NCBI GenBank assembly: GCA_964016885.1
Contig: OZ024740.1
Location: forward strand, 288,796,001-288,860,000
DNA length: 64,000 nucleotides
Direction: 5' to 3'
Source: Eledone cirrhosa
Taxonomy: Eukaryota
Positions within the stretch are counted from its first letter, which is position 1. Every line of letters starts with the position of its first letter. This document shows positions 39,931-54,300 of this stretch, piece by piece. Made by a program: the position numbers and the translations under genes. Under the pieces are notes generated by a model. That model had not been told where the DNA came from and did no database searches. It saw nothing but the letters and a program-made list of their open reading frames with translations.

Positions 39931-42900
39931 CCTTTGATAATATTCAAAACTGTTTCTAACATACACACAATTTTGAGGTTGGGGGTTAGTTAATTCAAAT
40001 CCAATACTTGGTTGGTACTGTATATTACTGGCCTCGGAAGGATTCCACTCTTATACTTTTTTTTTTTTTTTAAATCAAACAACAAAAGCATCACAAAGCA
40101 AATCAACCCCAATTTCCTCTTCATCTGTTGAATATTGTTGTTGCTGTTGCTTTTGTTTAAAGCTTCAAACATTCCTGTCTGATATATTTGGTTTCTTTTG
40201 TGGTGTCTGTGTGTGTGTTTTGAACACCCTACCACCTCCTTTAGAAATTAACTCCTCCTAATCAGCATGATTTTTCTTTTAGAGTGTTTAATCTATTCTA
40301 GAAACCTCTTTACAAATGGACTTCACTAAGTTGTATGATCCATTTATTTTTTCTTTACATTATTTGACCTAAAGTTTCCTTTATTCCCCACCTACCTCAT
40401 TCCTTTTACTTCTCTGTAACCAGTAACTACATCACAAACTAATGAAGAAGCTTCTGTGTGGTTGCTCAGCCTGCTAGAAATAAAGCCAAATCTCCCTCAC
40501 TCTACCATCTTTATAAATACATTTGACAATGTAGTGTTTTGATTATAGAAAAAGACAAGATGATCATGACTGAAATGCCTTTGGTCATACATCTACTTAA
40601 TCAGGGTTGACCTGGGTTCAACATCATCATCACAGTTTTTACATGCAGTACTAAACACTTAAACTTTAACCATATTCCAGATCAATTGATTAATTCTTTT
40701 GTATTTCAATTTATGGAAGTTAGTTATTTTTCACATATAAAACGTAGAATAATATTCTTTTAGAATTTTCCTGAATTACTAAAATCCAATGTAAAAAAAC
40801 AAACACTGAATAGTACCTGTTTTACTTCTATTTTTATAGAGTAAACACTTCTAAGATCCCCAAACAAGCTTTTTAACTCTTTTGATATCAAACTGTCTTT
40901 TGTTCTACACTATAATTCTGTTTGTTATAAGTGTTTATATTCATATCAAAACTTTGCATCACAATTCTATGTATGAACCTTTAAGTTATGCCCCAAATTA
41001 ATGAAAATGTTATATTACTCTATACCCCCACCACCACAAAAAAAATTCTTGATTATTTTCAAATTCATTTGAAAATCATAGGTAGTATTAGAAATATGGT
41101 AACAAAAAGGTCAAGGGACAGCGATTGATTTCAGTTTTGCTGCATTAAAACATGAGAGATAAAACCCATCAAGGATACAATGCTAGTCTTTCACATATCA
41201 CAGTTTCCTGAATATCTAGTACATATTCCCAACAACTGATGCTTCAAGTAAATGTAGACTTAAGTGTACTCTCAAATTAGATTCAAATTCAGGTTTTTTT
41301 TCTTAACAGTATTCCATTACTTTATCCATACAGTTATTCTGTTTCAACTTTCCTAGGAAAATCCTTCCTTTATTCCACTGTCCTTCTCAACAGTGTTTTG
41401 TATTTTGTATATATTTTCTATTATTTTGCTATTGTTTTCAGCCATTGGGCTGTGGCTATGCTAAAGCACCACTTTCTAGATTATAGTCTGTTATATTGAT
41501 CCCAGTATTAAGTTTGTCAATCTCATAAGAATCTAAAACAAAATGGACCTTGGCAACATTTGAACTAAGAACGTAAATGGCCATAACTAAATACCTTGCA
41601 GTATTTTGTTTGATGCTCAACTGATTTTTTCCATACCATACCATTTTGTTGGTGACCTTTCAGAGGTGCCATAATAAGCTAGAATGGGGTATTCATCAGG
41701 CTGTTGTTGTTTCAACCTCTTCCCTATATCAGCTCTGATGAAGCAGACTCTGTAATCCTGCCGTGACTATCTCATCTTTTATCCAAGCATAGTGCATTGA
41801 GTACCAGATAATTCAATGTGTCATTTCTTTTATAAGATTGCGGGGTGTGTTTTGGTAGAGATTTGGCTGTTATTTCTAGTTGGTCAAGCATCTATGCAGA
41901 GACTCTCTCATTGACTTGTATCTGGTTTTAAAGTAAGGTGTTACACTCTAGATCTTTGTCAGGTTTTGAGGTTGGTGTCACACTACCTGTTGACAAGTTT
42001 ACATTCTTTCACTCCAGTTCAACCCAGACTGTATATATCTCTTATCAAAGCCAATCTGGCTGAAATTATGCCAGTTTTTTTTCTAAACATATTATATCTA
42101 AGACTATGTTATCCAATCTGTCCTGTTTTCTTTTAAGACATTGTCATAGGATTTGAGGGATATTGTGTGATGCAAGTAAACAATCAATTAGGTTGCTTTT
42201 ATTGTTGTTTACCCCCAGATAGAATCAAATGCATTTCAGCCATGGATAATTACTCAGGGTAGGCAGTAAGTAACAATAATAGTAATAATGGTTTCTAATT
42301 TAAGAATAAGGCCAGGCCAGCAATTCAGGGAAGGGAAAATTGCTTAAATTGACTTTAGTACTTGACTGGTACTTTAATAATAATAAGGATTTGAGTCAAA
42401 TACGGAATAGTTACTTCTCTTCAAAAATGTTATAAAATTAGTTTCGCCATTTATATTTATCATAAATATTTAGCAGAAAAAATGTTTATATTATTCTATC
42501 TAGCTTCTGTAATGTAAAATTTTCCAACAAGGTCAGGCCATTTTCACTACTTTATCTAAGAGAAATAGGTGGAGGCACTGCTAACTTCAACAGAACATCA
42601 GTTTATCATCAAAAAGGTCTATATTGTGTGTTCTTGCTTCTGGTTGAGTTGATCATGACTGGAATATTTAATATTTAAACTGGCCATATCCAACCAGAAT
42701 TCTCTTCCCTTTTTCTGTTCAAACCGGCCATAACCAGTTGCTCATATTTATGTTAAGTTACTGTTTTCAAAATAAATATCATAATCTCATAGATTCAATA
42801 TTATGTGAGGTAAAGTGTTTACCATGAAAATACAATAGTAAATATAGAGTAATGTAAATGCTAAAGGATTCATGCCTGTTGGCTAAGTGTACCAAAGTTT

Positions 42901-43745
42901 GAGTAAATATGGAGAGAGGTGCAGTTTACCTACCTGTAAGCAAGTGACATTGTTGAATACATTGGTCTCACTACAACTATTGAGCTCACTGTGTAAATGA
43001 AATTGTTTTATTGACTTGCAGTATTGGACTCTAATCCTGCTGTATAGCTTGGAGAGAATATCATTTGAAGTTAGCCAGTCTGATCACACATTGATGGATA
43101 TGTCTGATTAGGAGCCTGAAGCTGCTGCCTCTTTAATTATATACCTCTATAAGATAGATTAATATTGATTTCTTATATTACCTGAAGGTCATATATTTGC
43201 CAGGGAGAGGACAGATGCTTATTTTATTGACATTTCTACCTCCACCACCACCCAGAGAGACAAAAGGTAATTGGACTCCAGCAGGATTTCAATTGAAAAC
43301 CTAGACTGTCAACAGACAGATGTCTAATTACCAAAAGGTGTTTAGTTTGGTGCTCAATCTCAATTATTTTGACTATTCCAGTTGATTGTTCAAACAAATG
43401 TGGGAGGAGTTGGGGGAAGAAACTTTGGAAATATTGGTCCTTGTTATCATTGTTGTTCTCATGGAGAGTATAGTGAGATAAAAGTTTTAATTCCTGCCAA
43501 CAGACATAATTGTAACTTTACAACTAAAAACCACTAAATCACTCACACCTTGAAAAAGAGATGAGCATCACAACACAGCCTGAGTGAGATCTTTCTGTAC
43601 CTCCATTAAGAAGCCAGTTTTAAAACAAAAACATTATCTTCCCCTGGCCCTACCCCCAGTACAGAAAATTTTTTAAAAAACAAGAACAACAACAAATCCT
43701 TGTTGTTATGGATGGTCAATTTAGATATTTCTCTTCTTGTCTCAG

Positions 43746-43889
43746 ATATGCCTCCTACTGACCAGCATGATGTCCAGCGAGAATTAATAACGGCTGCAAA
43801 GGATGAGGAGGAGGAGAAGGAAGAGGAGGAGAACCTCAGCTCCTCCAGTTCCGAAGTAGCCCAAGTTGAAGATGTAGATTTTCTGCCAG
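43746..43889 (+). CDS. 144-nt phase-1 exon (DMPPTDQHDVQRELITAAKDEEEEKEEEENLSSSSSEVAQVEDVDFLP)
   Basis: TTTCTCTTCTTGTCTCAG acceptor, CCAG|GTAGCT donor (weak), 48 codons, in frame. Confidence 0.65.
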
Positions 43890-44935
43890 GTAGCTGTGGA
43901 AACCGAACTCAAGCATGAATTCTTTCCACGCATTCTTCTAGATGTGTGTATGTTTGTGTATGCCTACATATATGTGTGTGTGTGTCTGTCTGTATGTGTG
44001 TGTGTATAAGTGTATTTCCACTAGACATTTGTTTTTACACCAACACCGTCACTGCCGCCATCACCCCTACCATTGTCCCTGCCTCCCCCCCCCCCTCACT
44101 CTCATTTTGAAATGGATGCATCTACACCTGTACCAAATCTTTACACCACATCCCAAGACCAAGGTTGACGAAAGAAAGAAAAAAGGGAAGAAAGAAGTTG
44201 ACCCCTGCATGCGTGTTGCACACAACACACACACCCAAACATGCACACATACACGCACGTACAAAAGAAAGTAGTAAAAAAAAAAGAGTGCTCTTGCACA
44301 TATGACCACCACCCCACATACTCCATCATTCATAAACACCAATAAATGCACACGTACACACACACACATATACACATATATATATATAATATATATATTT
44401 ATATATATATATATATGCATATATATACACATATACATATATATACACACATATATATATATATATATACACATACATATATATACACATATACATATTT
44501 ATATATACACATATACACTATTTAGGGTTTGTAAAAATATATATAACTACAAAAGGTTTTTGTATTTGCATAACCATAAATAGTATCCTTAATACACATA
44601 CATATATATATACACATATACATATATATATACACATATACATATATATATACATACACACACACACACGTGTACACACACACACTCATACACATGCAGT
44701 GATAAGGTGCTTTACCAATTTTTTTTCCTACCTCTATCTTATTTTCTCTTGTTGTTTTCTTTTCCTTGTTATTTCACTTTTTATTTCTCTTTCTATTTTC
44801 AATTCTTTTAGATATATTTTTCCTTCTTTAGAAACCACACCATACCGTTTCCTCGCTGCTACATGTGATCAAATATGTTCCTAAACTGGCCACATGTCTG
44901 TCACCATGCTTCAATGTTTAGTGCTTTTTCAATGT

Positions 44936-45000
<65 letters not shown>

Positions 45001-45007
45001 CATACAT

Positions 45008-45059
<52 letters not shown>

Positions 45060-45289
45060 CCAAAAAAAAAATGTTTTTAAGAAGATTCAATGTTTTCAAT
45101 GTTTATTTTTCTCTTTCAGGATTTTTTCTTTTGCTTATGGCAGTATCTTGCATGTTTGTTTAATTCTTCTATTACTACTTGTTCTTCATTGCCTTCCACT
45201 TCTTATTATCCTATAAATTCTGTCATCTTCATGATTTGTGTCTATATATATGCTGTATATGTGTATGTATAATGTATGTACATGTGTGT

Positions 45290-45911
45290 GTATATATATA
45301 ATATATGATATATATATATTATATGTAATATATATATCAGATATGTATATATTATATATAATATATATATATTATATATAATATATATATATATTATATA
45401 TGTGTATATTATATATGTATATTATATATGTATATTATATATATATATTATATATATATATATTATATATATTATATATATATATATATTATATATATTA
45501 TATATATATATATTATATATTATATATATATATATTATATATATATATTATATATATCATATATATATTATATATATTATATATATCATATATATATTAT
45601 ATATATTATATATATATATATTATATATATATATTATATATATATATCATTTATATATATATATTATATATATATATCATATATATATATATATATATTA
45701 TATATATCATATATATATATATATATTATAAATATCATATATATATATATATATTATAAATATCATATATATATATATATATTATATATATCATATATAT
45801 ATATATATATTATATATATCATATATATATTATATATATCATATATATCATATATATATCATATATATATATATCATATATCATATATATATATACGATA
45901 TATATATATAT

Positions 45912-45946
<35 letters not shown>

Positions 45947-46098
45947 TATATATATATATATATTATATATATCATATATATATATATATATTATATATAT
46001 CATATATATATTATATATATCATATATATCATATATCATATATATATATATATATACGATATATATATATATATATATATATATCATATATATATATA
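45290..46098. repeat. About 800-bp compound (TA)n/TTA/ATC microsatellite
   Basis: Almost entirely A/T, with C only in ATC interruptions and very few G. Confidence 0.95.
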
Positions 46099-48268
46099 TG
46101 CACACACAAATATGTGTGGACAGAAATGAATGTATATACACTACACATACACATATGGGCTTTCAGCTTTTGGTTCAATGGTTTGCTTTCTTGCAGGCTG
46201 ATATTAAATAATATAACATGATATTAAGTGATATTAAAATGGCAACAATATTCACTCTCATGCAATTATTTTTCCTAAATAATATGTCTTAGTCCACCTA
46301 ACTTCAGCTTTAATTTAGTTATGGAATAAACACTTTAATGAGATTGCTTTAAAATGTTTGGAATTCATTTCTGTTTTCCTTTCCCTTCTCTTTTCTAAAT
46401 TAATTCATATATTAAGAATTTCTCCCCACTCTTGATTACTGACCACCACCCCCACACTACAAACTAAAGAAATACTGAGTAAAAAATAATTTTTTTTTTG
46501 AAAGGAAAGTATTTTTAAGTGGAAATGCTTGTTTTTGTTCTCTTAAAACCTTCTGGGACTTAACTTTAAGAGTTGATATATTACATAAGATTGTTGTTGT
46601 TATTATTGCTAGGTAGTGCTGTTGTATTCTGTTTGATCAGATTTATGGTATATAGTTAACTGATTCATCAATGCATTTTGACAAGTATTTCTAGCTTTAA
46701 TCATCTTGTTTTTATTTTAAGAAATGCTAAAAGTATGTGGTCTGCCATTTTAACTCTGTAACATCCTGTAATGATTTAGCAGAAAATATCTAAAAACAGA
46801 TTTGTTTATTCAAATGTATATAGTATCTTTACTGCTAGACAGATTGTTGTGGAAATTAGTAGTATTAAAGTAAAGTCATAATGCAGTGGTACCAGACATT
46901 AAGCATTAATACTAATGTGGATTTCATTGAAAATAATTTCATTGTTAGATTGAAGAGATTAGTTAACCACATAGAAGTTCCCTCACTGGTCTTTGCATTC
47001 TACATCATGCATGAATATTTTCTCAGTTGGCCTAGCAGTGAAACAACTGCTGCAATATTTAAATAATGATTATTTGAAAGCTGTGAAAATATCATTCATC
47101 TATCAACATAGTGTATCACATTTATTCCTATCAATTGTTTATCTCTTAAAATACAAATGGTATATCCTTCATATTATCTCTAACTCTGCAGCTTTCACAT
47201 ATCTTCTACAGTATTATGTATATACAGAAGTGTTCAAAGAATCAACCCTATATTCACTATTACACCTTTGAAAGCAGAAAAGCAAAGTAATGATTATTCA
47301 TAATACACTGCAATAGGGAACCTAACAAAAATATTAAATTTGTAAAATCATGTACATAGTTGTTCTCTAACAATGTAGGTTGAATTGTTTCTGCAAATTC
47401 AAATGTTTACTTTATCAGTATCAGGTGATGCCCATGAGAGTGCTTCGTTATTTCAGTGCCTTGTCCTTGTTATCACCCGCAGCAATGCTGAAAATGAGTT
47501 GACTTGCCTCAAAAATTATCAGAGGGAGGCTCCAGTACCCCATGTTGGAGTGTGTGATTAAGTATGAGGGTCTTCTCCCCACGGCATTTTTTTTTTTGTT
47601 ACAGTTACTGTATTTAAATGTTTTAAAGTTCCATTCGCTTCTCAACCATGAATTAAACAACATCAGTTGGGAATGGCTGGTTGCTTAACTGACTTATGTA
47701 GAGTGATTGTTTGGCACCCCCTTTTCTTCCATTTAGCTCCAGTCAAGCTATTTGGGGCAACTAGAGTTATGTGCCTTGCCTAAGGAGACATTACAAAGTT
47801 CAAACTATAACATTTAGGTATTTACTTAATTGATACTTTAATGCCTTTGTTACTGTCTCCTAATACTTTTACCTAGATAGTTAGATTTTCATCAATATTT
47901 CCTAATTTATTATTGGTCTATTTTCTTATCATACTGCTAAAAATAGAGTAGGTTCCTTTGTAACACACACACACACACACACACACAATGTTATGCAATT
48001 TAGAATTTCATAGATCCCTTCTAAGTTGTATACTAATTCTTCTTACTAATAACAGTTCTCTATGGGATCATTATAGTTACATACTAGATCAGCTTACTAA
48101 TGACAATAATTTAGATGTTACTAATCCATTGTTATCATTATCCTACTCTCTAGATAATTTGTGCACTTTCATCTGACATTTCTTTCTAACAATTCACTAA
48201 GCTACTTCTATGTTATGTTTCCTAATTGTTCTGCATTCTACTCCACTGTCAGTCGAATGATGGCAGTC

Positions 48269-48275
48269 TACTAAC
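48269..48275 (+). promoter_or_regulatory. Consensus branch point TACTAAC upstream of giant exon C
   Basis: Exact TACTAAC about 28 nt before the acceptor AG (48301-48302). Confidence 0.7.
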
Positions 48276-48302
48276 ACACTAATATCACCCTGATTTCTAT
48301 AG

Positions 48303-51300
48303 ATGCCGAGATGCGTGACACCAGTGAAGAAAAAACAGAAGAAACGGATGTGGAAGAGCAGTTCTCTCCCCTTCCTAAAAGTTCTCCTGCTTCTAAAGGT
48401 GCTCTTGATCTTAGGTTAGAAGACAAGTTCTTTTCGTTCACGCAATCCCCCGTGGAGTCCCCGACCGCTGAAATAACAAATGAGATATCTCCTGCTCAGG
48501 ATCTCCTCGATGTCAAAGATATGCAAATAGCTGTCGGCCTCTCACCATCGGAGATTAATGCCAAGTCCAAGCTGGGATCTCTTCCAGAATTCTATGAAAC
48601 AAAAACAACTGAAGACTTCAAAGCTATGAGTAAAATTATCTCCTCAAAATCTCACAAAATAGAATATGAGAAAGATACTGGTGAATCATTCAACATTCCT
48701 AGGATTTCGACCGATTCTGATACAACTGAAGAAAGATTAGAGCTTGATAATGTAGCAGAACAATCAGCTACATCATTAATGTCTGAAGAACATGATGGAA
48801 CTGAAGATGACTACAAAAGAGAAACACCCGAAGAAAGAGCTGAACGTTTATCTTCCATGGCCTTTGATAACATGGGTTTTGCTGGTGAAGATGTTGTCGA
48901 CAGTGAAATTAAGACACACTCTGATGACTTCTCTGAAGAAAGTCCAATTCTTGCTGCCAAAGAAATATCTCCAGAAGACCTCGAAGAGAAGCCTCATCAA
49001 TTTGACTTCCCAGCTGTTCATCAAGAAATATGGCAGATGGGTATCCAAGCACTGGGGAAAACCACATTATCAGAAGAGAGTGAGATGTTTTCTAGCTCAA
49101 TGAAATTTGAAGAAGTAACACACAAGGTTTCATTTGAAAAAGATGATGATGATGAGAGTGGTGCAGCAATCTATTCTGAGAGTGAAGAAACCTCTCGTTC
49201 AGAAAGTGGAGATACTAAAGATCAGAACTCTTTCCAAGAATCTATCCAAACATCTAAAGCATCTGATGGCCAATTTGAAGCTACCTCACAAATAAGAACA
49301 GAAAAAACTGTTGTAACATCATCCCGAGCACAAGTCTCTTTATCAGAGAGTCAAAGTAAAATGGTAACTGAAACTAAAGTCTATCAAGCGAAAGAAACCA
49401 GCAAAGGAATTGAACTGGCTGGAGATGATATTACTGAGAAGGCTCCTAAACATCTTACAAGCATAGTTAGTGAGCCTATTATTTCTCATCCATTTGATCA
49501 TTCTACAGTGGAAAGTATTTCTCCAGAAGCCAGTAGTTCTGAAAGTGAAGGTTTCTATGACAAAGAATCTGGCAAGAAGTTACCTTGGGAAACTGTCCAC
49601 CATTTCTCCCGGCAGTTCTCTGATAATTATCTTGAGCAACAGGAAAAACAAGGAATCATTACTGTGCAGTCAGTTGACATGGGAGTATTTTATCGGAGAA
49701 GTAGTAAAGACTATACAAATGTAACGTTTAGTGAACAAGATATCTCCGAATCTATTGCTGAAGAAGATGAAGAACCCCCAAAACGGGTTACCTTTACCCT
49801 CTCAGAAGATTTAGAAGAGTTTCCATCAGAAATAGTTACCGGTTCAGATGAGTCAAAGCATGATGATGAAACTGACCAAGAAATCAGAAAATCAGATGAT
49901 GTTATAGAAGTATCTGTCAAAGATCAAATTGTTTTCGACAAGACAAGAAAAGGTGAGCCTGTTGCAACATCCAAAACAGAAGAATCTGTTGTCATCACAA
50001 CATCCAAGACAGCAGAACCTGTCACCACTACATCCAAGACTGAAGACAGTGTTGTTACAACATCCAGAAGAGAAGAACCTGTTATTACTACATCAAAGAC
50101 AGAAAGATCTGTCTTCTCAACATCCAAGACAGAAGAACATGTTACAACATCCTCCAAAACTGAGGAACCTGTCATCACTACCTTGAAGACAGAACATGTC
50201 ACTACCACATACAAAACTGGAGAACCTGTCATTACAACATCTAAGACAGAAGAATCTTTCATCACAACATCTAAAACTGAAGAACCTGTCATCACAACAT
50301 CTAGGACAGAACACGTTACTACAACATCCAGAACAGAGGAGCCTGTCACCACAACATCAAAGACAGAAGAATATGTCACAACATCCAGAACAGAGGAGCC
50401 TGTCACAACATCAAAGACAGAAGAATATGTCACAACATCCAGGACAGAGGAACCTGTCGTCACAACATCCAGGACAGAGGAACCTGTCGTCACAACATCC
50501 AGAACAGAGGAGCCTGTCGTCACAACATCAAAGACAGAAGAATATGTCACAACATCCAGGACAGAGGAACCTGTCGTCACAACATCAAAAACAGAAGAAT
50601 CTTTCATCAAAACATCTAAAACTGAAGAACCTGTCGTCACAACATCCAGAACAGAGGAGCCTGTCGTCACAACATCAAAGACAGAAGAATATGTCACAAC
50701 ATCCAGAACAGAGGAGCCTGTCACCACAACATCAAAGACAGAAGAATATATCACAACATCCAGGACAGAGGAACCTGTCATCACAACATCAAAGATAGAA
50801 GACCATGTCACAACATCCAGGACTGAAGAACTTTTCACTAGGACATCAAAAACAGAGGAACCTGTCACCACAACATCGACAGAAGAATCTTTCATCACAA
50901 CATCTAAAACTGAAGAACCTGTCATCACAACATCTAGGACAGAACACGTTACTACAACATCCAGAACAGAGGAGCCTGTCACCACAACATCAAAGACAGA
51001 AGAATATGTCACAACATCCAGAACAGAGGAGCCTGTCACAACATCAAAGACAGAAGAATATGTCACAACATCCAGGACAGAGGAACCTGTCGTCACAACA
51101 TCCAGAACAGAGGAGCCTGTCGTCACAACATCAAAAACAGAAGAATCTTTCATCAAAACATCTAAAACTGAAGAACCTGTCGTCACAACATCAAAGACAG
51201 AAGAATATGTCACAACATCCAGAACAGAGGAGCCTGTTACCACAACATCAAAGACAGAAGAATATGTCACAACATCCAGAACAGAGGAGCCTGTCGTCAC

Positions 51301-54300
51301 AACATCAAAGACAGAAGAATATGTCACAACATCCAGAACAGAGGAGCCTGTTTCCACAACATCAAAGACAGAAGAATATGTCACAACATCCAGGACAGAG
51401 GAACCTGTCGTCACAACATCAAAGACAGAAGACCATGTCACAACATCCAGGACTGAAGAACTTATCACTAGGACATCAAAAACAGAGGAACCTGTCATCA
51501 CGACCTCCAAGACAGAAGAATATGTTACTACAGAATCTGATAGTGAAGAACCTGTCATCACAACATCAAAGACAGAACATATTATTACAACATCCAAACT
51601 TGGAGAACCTGTCATCAAAACCACAAAAACAGAACATGTTACTACAACATCCAAAACTGGTGAACCTGCCATAATAACATCCAAGACAGAAGAATATGTT
51701 AGTACAACATCGGAGCCTGAAGAAGCTGTCATCACAACTTCTAAAACTGGTGAACCTGTCATTACAACATGCAAGACAGAAGAACGTGTGATCACAACAT
51801 CCAAAACAGAAGAACCTGTCATTAAAACAACTAGGACAGAACGTATCTCTGTAGAACCAAAAGAAAAATATGACACAACAGCCTCCAAGACAGGGCATGT
51901 TACTAAAACATCTACATCAGCACATGTCACTGTGACCTCCACTGTGGAACGTGTCATCACAACTTCCTCGAAAAAAGATGATGATATTAAAGAAGTTGAA
52001 GAACATATCACTATAACATCTAAGGATAAATATGTCTCTGAGGAAGGGCCTATGGTGGGAGCCAAGGAAGGTATTATTGAACCATATGACAGGATGTCTG
52101 GGGAATATGAAGCTACTGTTTTGGCTAATATTATGGATGACCAATCTTTTAAACAAGAAAAAGTGTCTGAATCACCTGAAGAAATATCTAGAGAGGGCAC
52201 TTTAAAAGAGAAAGATCTTGAATATGGAATGGTCTCCAAGAGCACTGCTGACTTAGCTAGTCCTTGTGAAAGTAAGTCTTCTGACCTTTCATTAGATCTT
52301 TCATCAGAAAAACTCCCGTCAAAAGATGGTCTTGATGAAAAACAACTTGAGCCAAAGCCAACCAGTGAAGAAATATCACCAAAATCAGGAATAATCGGTG
52401 TTGTAAGCATTGAATCTCGAATGGCTCAAAAGGAATTATTACAGGAGTCAGCAGATAAGGATCGCTCACTTTCACCATCAGTTGACAGTGATGAGTTATC
52501 AACAACTTATGAAAGTCAAGGAGAACTGCAAGAACTCTGGGGTGAAATCCCTCCTGTTGATCGCTATCCTGCCCCAGCTAGAAGGAAACATTATGCTGAT
52601 AGTGAATCTTCGGAAGCAGAGAAAGAATCTCCTGAAACTGAACTTTCTCCTATTGCTGAAACACCAGCCTCTAAAGCTGAGACTGAGGAGCAAGAAGAGA
52701 GTAAGCTGACAGCTCAAGACAGAAGGGTAACATTTTTGTCTGAGGAGAGTAAGGAGAAGCTGAGACAATCTATTTCTAATGAAGATTTAGTCAAAACATC
52801 AACCTCTTCTTCTGAAGTATCCAACGAACCAACTTTATTAGCTGCTTCGTATGATTTGGATTCAGGGCATGTTTCACACATTGTGACAGCTTATGATATG
52901 TCTCCAGACACCATTGAGAGTCAGGCACCGCATCCACCGGCGCCTAAAGCTATTCTTTCGAGTCCTGAAGATGACGTGTTTGAAGTTGAACCAACTGTGG
53001 GAACTGCTCGTATCGACGAACCCTGCACTGAGCCAGATTCTGAAAAGAGTTATACCGGGCCTCAGTCTGAGGTCATCATTATAGAAGACATTTGTGTCAC
53101 AAAAGACAAAACGGGGTCGGAGTCGACGGAATCTTTACCGCCAACTCCTGCTCCAACGCCGAAAGATGCAACCACCATCAAAGATACCGTTTGTAATCTT
53201 CAAGATGCAGCCAACAAACTGCAAACCGAGGGTCTCTTTGATCGGCAGTTTGGATCTGTAAGCAGTGAAACTTCTGAAAAACGTCCTTCAAGTTTTGAAA
53301 AGGACTTTTCAAAAGATGAAAGCAGTGATGATGATGATGATCATGGCCAATCATTTGAAATGGTTTCACCAACTGAAATTATTGGCTATGATCAATATGC
53401 TGCTAAATATTTACAAGGTGGTATAGCGGGATGCATTGAAGCAGCAAGTTTGACCGCTTCAGTGGAATCCCTCTCTACATCCGGAAGTAGTTTTGCTGAC
53501 CTCAGAGCTAGTGAGCCCACAAGTATGAAATCTAGTTTAGAAGAGTCTGCCAGTGCTACAGCTTTTGTTGAGCCATCAGCACCTCCAATGGAAGAAATAT
53601 TTCAACTTCCCAGTTCTCAGACTACAAAACCTGATACCGATTCCTCACCAGATCAATCACTTTTTAGCAGTAGCGATGCTTCAGAGAAAGGTGCAGCCAT
53701 TATGGATATTGTTGCCTCAAGTGTTGCATCTCCAGGTGCATGCCGTCCTGATTTGTTACCCTCTGACTCTTTTCAGCAGAGTTTATCTACAGAGGAGATC
53801 AGTGAAACAGAAAATATTGAAGACATCGCTGCCGATAGATTCTCCCAATTACCAAATGGTCCTACAGAGGTAGATTTCCAACCAGACATTGATTCTGTTT
53901 CATCTACTGTAAAAACTGTGGTGCCTACAGCACCACCAGATTTGGTTCAGTCATCACCATCATATGTTATGGAAAAGGAAAAATCAGAAAGCAGTCAGCT
54001 TGATGAGGCTGTCATGGATCTTGAAGACAATCAGATATCGGCTGGTTCTGATGCTGCTGTTAGAGATGTTATGACCGATAGCTTGATAGATGATGTGAAG
54101 TTGTCGGCTGAGCAACAGGAAGTTTTAGTAACGTCAGATCAGACTTTATATGAACTTGAAATGCCAATGGAGGAAGAAGCTTCCCCCATTGAACAAGTTG
54201 GTCCAGCATCAGCTGCAGTTTCCATAACTGAAACTACATCATCTGTGGTTGTTAAAACAGAAGCCCCTACACCACTGGAATTTCATGAAGAACATCATCA

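Noticed and set aside
44832-44884. Possible terminal exon after a long pyrimidine tract ([17 protein letters not shown])
   Set aside because: No good donor, and composition unlike the other exons; acceptor-like sites are common in this T-rich intron.
45400-46141. Y/I-rich ORFs here and at other (TA)n/(TG)n tracts
   Set aside because: Translations of microsatellites.
49924-52410. 828-aa antisense ORF and alternative-frame ORFs (50196-51674)
   Set aside because: Shadows of the TTSKTEE array; no independent gene signals.
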